Assembly (NCBI GenBank): GCA_965644315.1
Contig: CBFFRQ010000132.1
Coordinates: 1 to 6,425, forward strand
DNA from: Caecitellus pseudoparvulus
Lineage: Eukaryota > Protista > Bigyra: Bicosoecida
Reading direction: 5' to 3'
DNA: 6,425 nt
Shown here: in pieces, positions 1-6,425 of the stretch
Layout: every line of letters starts with the position of its first letter
Numbering within the stretch: position 1 is the first letter of the stretch
Translations under genes and position numbers: made by a program
The notes under the pieces: model-generated
Told to the model about the DNA's origin: nothing
Database searches by the model: none
What the model saw: only the letters and a program-made list of their open reading frames with translations

Positions 1-62
1 TACAAGTCGCCGACCAGATCAGTAGCGATGCACCCCATACCCCTGTCGGCCGCGGAAGACAC

Positions 63-870
63 ATGACACTCGCACTTGCTGCTTGGAATGTGCACGGCTC
101 CTGCGGCCAGTGTGTCCACGATGTCGTCACCTGTGTCCAGTCTGTGTGCAGTGCGTCGTCCATGTTGGCACTCTGTGTCACAGAGCCTGGGGGGCACGGC
201 CTGCTCGACACGGAAGTCATGGGCCTTGAATGCTTCCGCCCAAGCCCGCCTGATCGGCCTGTCGGGCGGAGTGAGGTTGCCTTGCTGCTTGATCGAAGAC
301 TCAATGGCTCAGTGATCCCGGGCCTCGACGTTGATGGTCGCTGCATAATTGCTTGCTCGATCCCTGCAAGCCCACAACCCATCGCCATCATAGCCACGTA
401 CGTACCCAACTGGCACTCTTGGCAGCGAAAGAAGCCAGTCGCTGATCCGGACACGAAGCTTCCGTACCGGCAAGAGGTTTGGCGGCAGCTTGAGTCTGCT
501 GTTCAACAGCTCCGCCTCACCCACATGATTGTCATCATGGGTGACTTGAACACTCATCCAGGTGACGAAGGGGTAGGCACGTGGGGAGCAGATCACTGGG
601 AGAACCGGACCGGCATTCCCGAGCCCACTGAAGACATCCTGCAGATGCAGCTCCTCTGCGAGCAAGGCCCACTGATCCCAGCCGGACTTGGTGGCCTGCC
701 AACGCACAGGTATGGTCGGGCTCTGGACCACATCCTGATGACTGAGGACCTCCACAGTATGTTGAGCAGACCACTGCACATCACAACAACGTTCTCCAGC
801 GGGACGAAAAAGAGTGCCGCTCGACTAGTCCTCAGTGACCATCATCTTGTTGCAGCAGAAGTCCGAGTGA
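63..870 (+). CDS. APE-like (EEP superfamily) endonuclease domain
   Basis: Motifs in the expected order: AWNVHG, LCVTE, ATYVP, IMGDLN, PT...RALDHIL, LSDH (831-842). These correspond to the catalytic N, E, Y, D/N, D and D/H residues of L1 EN/APE1. Confidence 0.93.
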
Positions 871-1719
871 AGCCTGCCAAGCGAGTGTGGACATCATCCA
901 AGAGCCCCCATGTACAGGCGGTGCCACCCTGGTGGACCTCAGCGACAGAGGCTGGGCTGGCAGCGCAAGCGATGTTTCGAGGATCCCTCAGCTCGCGGGC
1001 CACCGCGCTCCAGACAGGCAGCGCCGCCCCGAGCCTATCCTTTCTCAACGGTGCTATCGAAGCTGCGGCTATGGACACACATCGCAAGGCCAAGACCCCA
1101 CGTGACCCTCTGCCCCAGCTGAAGATGGACATCAAGGCGGCCAGCGGGCTCAAGAAGGCCATGACTGCACGCGTGTCTAAGCTGCGGAAGACCATTGCCA
1201 GGTTGCGCCGCAAGCTCGCTCTCGCTACCGGTCGGCATCCTCAACCAGACCATGCCCGTGCCATCCGAGAGGGAATCTCCATGGCCACTGAAGAGCTACA
1301 CGCCACGCTTCAATGCCGCAAGGATGCAATGCGGAAGTGCACGAGGCTTGTGAAGAAGAAGCGACATGTCACTCTGTCCAGGATCCGAGCACGCTTGAGG
1401 GAACTCGCTGTCACGGATCCCTTCACTGCCCACCAACACATCAAGCGCCTGTCAGGTCGAGGTCGTCGAGCCCGTCGAGCTCCCATCAGGTCCGTGAAGT
1501 CCATGCAGGGAGTGCTCATCTCCTCCCCTGATCTGGTGAAGGAGGAGGTTGCCAAGCAGATGTCTGGCATCCTGAGTCACAACAAGCCCAGGCCAACATC
1601 GCTGAAGTACGGGCTGGCAAGGTTCCTTCCCTCAGCCCAAGAGTCCTTCACCCCGCCAGTGACATGGCTTCCCTCCAAGAAGCAAGTCAAAGTCCTCATG
1701 GGATCACTCAGCTTGCATC

Positions 1720-2705
1720 GACACCCAGGCTCTGGCAAGTTCCAATCAGAGCACATCAAGTATGCTGGGCCAGGCTTCCAAGACATCTACTCCCAAGCCG
1801 TCATCCAAGCGTTGCAACACGGCACCTGCCCGCCAGACTACCATGCAGGCATTGGGTCACTCATCCCCAAGAAGACGAGTGAAGCTGGGCGGCCTCGCAC
1901 ATACCGCTTGATTGTATGCCGCCCCCTCCTGCGAAGCTCTTCTTCTCAGTGGCCGCTGCATGCCTGGAGTCCTGGATGCAAACATGGGTGTCGAAGGAGC
2001 AGGCTGGCTTCACTCGACACCGCAACACGCATGAGCACATCTTGGCTCTCCAAGAGGTGATCAAGGGCCACCTGCGACAGTCAACAGCGCCAGTGCAAGT
2101 CCTGGTACTCTTCGTGGACTTCCGGGGAGCATTCGACTCTGTGAGCCACGCAGCCATCACAGAGATCCTTGAGGCTGCCTCCCTCCCTGCGCCACTCCTG
2201 GCCGTCATCAAGGAGTACATGTCCAAGGCGACGGTCTCCATCAACACGCGCCATGGTCTTTGTCGCCCCCTTCCTGTCAGCAATGGTGTCCCCCAAGGAG
2301 GAGCTCTGTCCCCCCTCCTCTTCAAGGTTGCGATAGATGTGCTGTCGCAAAGGCTCCACGAGATGCCCCTCCAAGGCATCCAGGGAGTGGGCATCCCAAC
2401 ACCAGCAGGCCATGTCACCCACACCCTGTATGCAGACGACCTGGCCTGCATCGCAACGTCTGCCACGGCCTTGCACCGAATCTTCGTAGAGGTGAAGGCC
2501 ATCGCTGCCCGGGTTGGCCTTGCCATCAACCCGTCGAAGTCCGGGGTCATGATCCTTGCCAACTCCGTGCGAGGCAGCCGGACACCAGTCAGTGAAAGGA
2601 AGAAGTTGGTGTGGCGCTCGGCTGCCCTCAAAGCGGGCAGCATGCTGAAGGTTGGCACCAAGTCCATCCAACGGGTGGCGGAGTACACCTACTTGGGCGT
2701 ACCGA
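1720..2705 (+). CDS. Non-LTR reverse transcriptase domain (spans the first frameshift)
   Basis: HPGSG (domain 0, cf. APGPDG), LIPKK, YRLI, EQAGF..RNT, LFVDFRGAFDSVSH, GVPQGGALSPLLF, LYADD (YADD 2429-2440), GLAINPSKS, YTYLG. Confidence 0.96.
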
Positions 2706-3742
2706 TGTCCGAACATCCTGCCAAGACCCGTGCACTTACCCTGCAACAAGCTGGGCTTGCTTGCATCCAAGCCGGGTTCACTGCGGGCGCGCTGCTCAGT
2801 GCCACCTGGCTCGATGTGCAGCAGCGGCACCTGGTTGGGTATGCCACTGTCACGTCAGCTGCCGACTACATGCTGTCCACCCAAGCCAACAGTTCCCTGC
2901 TTCCGCTGCGCGATGTTGACCGCGGCGTCGCCCTCGCCTTGGACAGGACCCAAGTCGGCTCGCAGAGTGCACTCATGCGCCCCCACAGCTACGCCAAGCT
3001 GGCTCTATGCGGAGTCCTGCCTGCCCACATCCGCTCCACGCAACTGCGGACTGGGATGTTTGTCAAGGCTCTCCGGATGCTGCACTCGGACACCCCTCTT
3101 GCCCGAGCTCTGTGCCTGACCATCCCGCAGGCCCTTGACCTTATGCCTGCTTCGATGTCGACGACCTTCATCGTCGACACCATCGCTGATGGGGGTCGGC
3201 TTCGAGCTGCCAGTGTCCCTGCTCCGTGGGCACTGCATGCCCTCTTGGACCTCTGGCTCATGGGCTGCATGCCAGACCTTGCACAGCTTCGGCTCGCATG
3301 TGCACCTGGCTCTGAGCATGCTGCCACAGCCCTTGCCCAAGTCCTTGCCGGACTTAAGACCACCCCGGGCCTCCACAGGTCTGCGGTGGTTGGAGTGGCT
3401 GCCAGCGAGACGTCGTCCATGGCCGAACCCCCGGCCTTCACGGCAGACACCCCCTGGGCCCTGCGTCGCCAAGTCCTCGCGTCGTATCTTCATGTAGCCC
3501 AGGCAGTGCCGAGTGCAGCTGCCCACTACACCACCGACAGCCGAATCCCCCAAGTGCAGAAGCCCAGGCCGTATCATCTTGGGCCTGGTGCGCAGCACTT
3601 CGTGTGGCTACATCCACTGCCACACGGGGTGAACCCCCTCTTCTGGGTCTGTCCTGATGACAGGCCCACCAGAGTGATGGTCCATCACTTCCAGACCTTA
3701 CAGCTTCTTCATGGGGGGGACAGTGCCACTCTGTACGAGTGC

Positions 3743-3802
3743 TGTCCGATTTGCGGACTCAACACCGATGTACAGCTGCACGTGCACATCCTGCTGCACT
3801 GC
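3743..3802 (+). other. C-terminal CCHC zinc knuckle (CX2CX10HX4C)
   Basis: CPICGLNTDVQLHVHILLHC lies in the RT frame downstream of RT, the usual position in LINE ORF2 proteins. Confidence 0.85.
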
Positions 3803-3915
3803 ACCCACCACGAACTCACCATGGCACGCCAACACACGATGACCAAGTTCAGAGAACTGGCCAACAGGTCAGCTGTGCCCGAGTCCGCGGCGGGCCAAGT
3901 GCAGTGCCTGCCCAT

Positions 3916-4521
3916 CCCCCCAAGATCTGCCACGCCCTCCTTCGTGCCCCCGACCCAGAGCCGCGAAGCCTGCGGGACCTCGAGGTCCTCCACAGGCTCC
4001 TGCTCTGCGGGCAGTGGCCTCACCGGTGGGGGCTGGCCGACGAAGAGCAGCTTGTCTCTATGAAAGAGGCGGCTGTCCTCTCCCACCCCCACCTCGTCCA
4101 CCGTGCTGGTCCTTGCCGTGTCCGTGCCCCAGCTGTATGGCAAGACATCCTGCGCAGCGCGGTTGAGTTCACAGCAAAGGCGTGGCGGGTCACAGTCACT
4201 TACATGTTGCGTATGACCGATGCCCACCACCTTGCTGTCCAGAGGCATGCTGAGTACCTGTGGTGGGCAGTACATGGGCGCGGGGCGCCGCTGCCTGGCC
4301 GCACGCAGCCAGTGCGGTCAGCGGCCACGCGGCACACGCGCAGGCCCCGCACTCGCCGCAGGGCACGCACCTTTTTCCCTGCCAAGGCTGGCCAAGTGCC
4401 GTCCACGGAGGGCAAGGTCCAGAGGACGCTGCAGCACTTCATGGGGCCTCAGCCAGCCCATGCAGACACTGATGGTGAGGGGGAAGGGCCCGATGGTTCC
4501 TGTGAAGAGAGCGAGGAGTAA
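3916..4521 (+). CDS. Probable true C-terminal segment of ORF2 after the second frameshift
   Basis: The RT frame turns into S/T/G/P-rich low-complexity sequence after ~3920, while the -1 frame reads as helical protein (ICHALL...LHRLLLCGQW...AVEFTAKAWRV) and ends in basic, PIP-like and acidic segments. Confidence 0.65.
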   Translation, partial: PPKICHALLRAPDPEPRSLRDLEVLHRLLLCGQWPHRWGLADEEQLVSMKEAAVLSHPHLVHRAGPCRVRAPAVWQDILRSAVEFTAKAWRVTVTYMLRMTDAHHLAVQRHAEYLWWAVHGRGAPLPGRTQPVRSAATRHTRRPRTRRRARTFFPAKAGQVPSTEGKVQRTLQHFMGPQPAHADTDGEGEGPDGSCEESEE

Positions 4522-4617
4522 GGCGGAACGCAGGCGTGCGGGCGGGGAGTGGAACAGCCACGCTTGTGGCCGCGTCTACCCTCCACGAGTGTCCTGACGT
4601 GATGAACCTGTGTGAAG

Positions 4618-4633
4618 CGTGGTGATAACCACG
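4618..4633 (+). promoter_or_regulatory. 3' UTR stem-loop CGTGGT-GATA-ACCACG (GNRA tetraloop), candidate RT-recognition element
   Basis: Perfect 6-bp stem seen directly, about 25 nt upstream of the repeat tract. Function is inferred by analogy with stringent LINEs. Confidence 0.45.
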
Positions 4634-4656
4634 GTAGCCCGAAGCAGATGCCCAAG

Positions 4657-4677
4657 ACCTTACCTTTTACTTACTAC
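4657..4677 (+). repeat. Degenerate short tandem repeat ACCTT-ACCTT-TT-ACTT-ACTAC, candidate LINE 3' tail
   Basis: TTAC at 4660, 4667 and 4671. This is an AT-rich island within GC-rich sequence, ~135 nt after the stop codon. Confidence 0.4.
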
Positions 4678-4694
4678 ATAGCCTGCGAGTAGCA

Positions 4695-4800
4695 GTGGAG
4701 TGAGCGGGAGCGTGCCTCGGGCCGCGGCGCGTGTGCAGCCGCAGTGCTGCACGGCCGCGGCCCGGATGGCGGCTGACGATGAAGCAAGCTCACTCACCAC
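4695..4800. repeat. Long imperfect inverted repeat / hairpin
   Basis: Nested arms: GAGTGAGC 4698-4705 / GCTCACTC 4788-4795; CGGGCCGCGGC 4718-4728 / GCCGCGGCCCG 4754-4764; GTGCAGC 4733-4739 / GCTGCAC 4746-4752. Confidence 0.75.
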
Positions 4801-4870
4801 GAAACCAGGGCGTGACGGGTTGAAGAAGAAGGTCCTTTTCCTTTCTGTATCCCCCTTGATGCGCGCGATG

Positions 4871-4964
4871 CGCTCTGTGGCGCGGGCGCGTGTGTGCGCA
4901 CGGGTGCTGGTGTGCGCGATCGAATTCCGCACCACGCACCCGGCCGAGTTCCCGCGCAGAGGCG
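4871..4964. repeat. Second imperfect inverted repeat / hairpin
   Basis: Nested arms: GCGCGGG 4880-4886 / CCCGCGC 4951-4957; CGGGTGC 4901-4907 / GCACCCG 4936-4942; TGGTG 4908-4912 / CACCA 4930-4934. Confidence 0.6.
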
Positions 4965-6425
4965 GAGCACACACCTCATGAAGGGCGCAGAGAGGCCTAT
5001 GAGGGCCACAGAGGAGGTGGGTGAGGAATTTGGATTATGATCTGTTGTCAAGACTGCGCGGATGCCTGGGTGTGCTCTGGTGTGCCCCAGGTGTCTGGCG
5101 CTGGCGGAGCAAGGGATGAAGTGTAGCGGAGGAGGGCCAAGATGATGAATTGGAGCGGGCAGGGACCTGCCCTAGCAAGTGGCGGCAGATATAACGGGTG
5201 CAAGCCTGTGTTTGTTGCGAATCCGCGCCAAGCGGTAGCCGCTGTGGCGTCCTACATGTGCAGAGGTGCATTGTGGGGCGCCCGTGTGACGCTCAAGCTG
5301 TACGGTGCCAAGCTGTGCCGAGGTGAAATGCATTGTGAGTTGCTAACCCATACCGCAGGCATTCCCAGATCTCTCGCCACTGGTGTCTTTGTGATTATTT
5401 CTATAGCCTCTATTATTGCCCGCCCCCATCAGTGGTGTGCAAAGAGCGCCACCAACACTGAGCTCCAAACGCTCCGTGCACATCACCTCATCGGACCGTT
5501 TTGGGTTTGCGGGCCGTGCCAATGCAACACGCTCCACTGGCTAGCAGGGAGTCACTTCAAACATCTGGGCTCGTGCAGCCTCGCTTGGGCCACAGTGCTC
5601 CTTGGCGTGCCGAGTGGATGTGGATGCGGTTGTGCACCAGCCAAGCGGCACCAGGAACCGACTCACTGACCACGGCACAAGCCCAGGTCGGCATCAATAC
5701 TTGCACTATAGCGTGATTCATTGCAGTGCACTCACAGGTGTGAGACCCCAACCTCCGCTTTCTTACCGTTCAAACCCATACCACCAGCTGCAGCTTCTCA
5801 GCCACGCAGCCAGCACGGACGCTCAGGAGCTAGAAACGGTCCAGGATAAAGAATTCAGGTCACACCAGAGTGAAAATTATCTTGCCTGCCTTGTGTAAAG
5901 AAACCCGACGTTGCTGATCTCGCCATGATCTTTCTCGGAGCCTCCTTCATCGTATCCAATGCCATCACCAATTTCCGCCACCTTGCACCAACCACGCAAG
6001 CCGCCAATGCTGGCCACAGTCAACCTTGACCCACCCATTGCTGGTGAAGGTAATTCACTGAACTACTATTGTTTTTGGCGGGTGCATCTAATGTGACATT
6101 TATTGGTCCTGTGTCTGCCCCTGCTTATCTTCAGCACAAGGGGGTCTGTGACTGGTTCAAATGACTGCCGGCAAGCACACACCTCGCAAACGCTGCACTC
6201 GAGCACCCCCGATGAGGTACTAAAGACGTTTGTTTGAATTGAACTGCCCACAGGTGCTCCGATCCGTCCTCGCGCCCTGACGGGCGACATCCCGCCAGCT
6301 GCCCGGGTCCAAACCTGAGTCACTCTGCTCGGTCAGTCCCGTCAGCCAAATTCACCCCACGAAAAATGTTCAAAAAAAGCGATTACTTCACAGAAACAAC
6401 CCAAGCACACACAGAAAGCGAAAAG

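Larger units (their letters stand above)
63..4521 (+). pseudogene. LINE ORF2-like endonuclease/reverse transcriptase polyprotein (~1486 aa reconstructed), interrupted by two -1 frameshifts (real lesions or sequencing errors)
   Basis: The frame of 63..2060 carries APE and RT motifs up to LIPKK...YRLIVC. The frame of 1916..4063 continues with KLF...QAGF, DFRGAFD, GVPQG, YADD, YLG and CCHC. The frame of 3739..4521 supplies the C-terminus ending at TAA 4519-4521. Adding one base at each junction gives 4461 nt with no internal stop. Confidence 0.85.
1..4677 (+). mobile_element. Non-LTR retrotransposon (LINE-like, APE+RT+CCHC), 5' end outside the window; 3' end tentatively at ~4677
   Basis: Colinear APE endonuclease, RT and CCHC zinc-knuckle motifs in LINE ORF2 order. 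No LTR, integrase or protease motifs seen. The 3' boundary is inferred from a hairpin plus short tandem-repeat tract and is less certain than the element call. Confidence 0.92.

Noticed and set aside
1916-1918. ATG 1916 as an independent RT gene start, or a bacterial RT/group II intron/retron interpretation
   Set aside because: RT domains 0-2 lie upstream in the other frame, and the APE-RT-CCHC order is characteristic of eukaryotic non-LTR elements.
3803-4060. Possible restriction-like endonuclease (dual APE+RLE, Dualen/RandI-like) suggested by ARQH and RAPD after the zinc knuckle
   Set aside because: There is no proper RH motif or PD-hydrophobic...D/E-x-K arrangement, and the context (APDPEPR) looks like a loop. 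An HHpred search would settle it.
309-4275. Numerous antisense and alternate-frame ORFs (e.g. 1861..2688 -, 2081..2830 -, 3005..3598 -, 3709..4275 -)
   Set aside because: They are shadows of a GC-rich coding strand and carry no recognisable motifs.
4773-4834. Hammerhead ribozyme-like core CTGACGA (4773-4779) ... GAAA (4801-4804)
   Set aside because: The intervening sequence does not form stem II, stems I and III are unconvincing, and the region pairs better in the long hairpin.
5118-5126. AAGTGTAG resembling the U2 snRNA branch-pairing region (and TACTTAC at 4668-4674 resembling the U1 5' end)
   Set aside because: Matches are only 7-8 nt and the flanking sequence does not fit either snRNA.
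5157-5340. Small hairpin GGGCAG/CTGCCC and short direct repeats (TGCATTGTG x2, CAAGCTGT x2)
   Set aside because: Too short and irregularly spaced to exceed chance; not a CRISPR-like or tandem array.
4660-5898. ORFs 4660..4974 (-), 4700..4981 (+), 5142..5669 (+), 5602..5898 (+)
   Set aside because: Low-complexity or random-looking translations with no family motifs.
5894-5898. TGTAA, the green-algal polyadenylation signal
   Set aside because: A single 5-mer is expected by chance, the host is unknown, and there is no associated gene or poly(A).

Overview
About the first 4.7 kb of this GC-rich, probably eukaryotic window is a + strand non-LTR retrotransposon (LINE-like) of the APE-endonuclease type. 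Three overlapping ORFs (63..2060, 1916..4063, 3739..4521) join through two -1 frame changes (about 1922-1931 and 3916-3921, both at or next to C runs) into one inferred ~1486-aa protein. It contains an APE/EEP endonuclease with its catalytic motifs present, a basic linker, a full RT (YADD), a CCHC zinc knuckle, and a tail with an Arg-rich patch, a PIP-box-like motif and an acidic end. The 5' end of the element lies outside the window. After the stop there is a short structured 3' UTR with a GAUA-loop hairpin and a degenerate (ACCTT/TTAC)n tract that may be the 3' terminus, followed by two long GC-rich hairpins. I could not assign 4970-6425 to any recognisable gene. The clade and host cannot be determined without searches.
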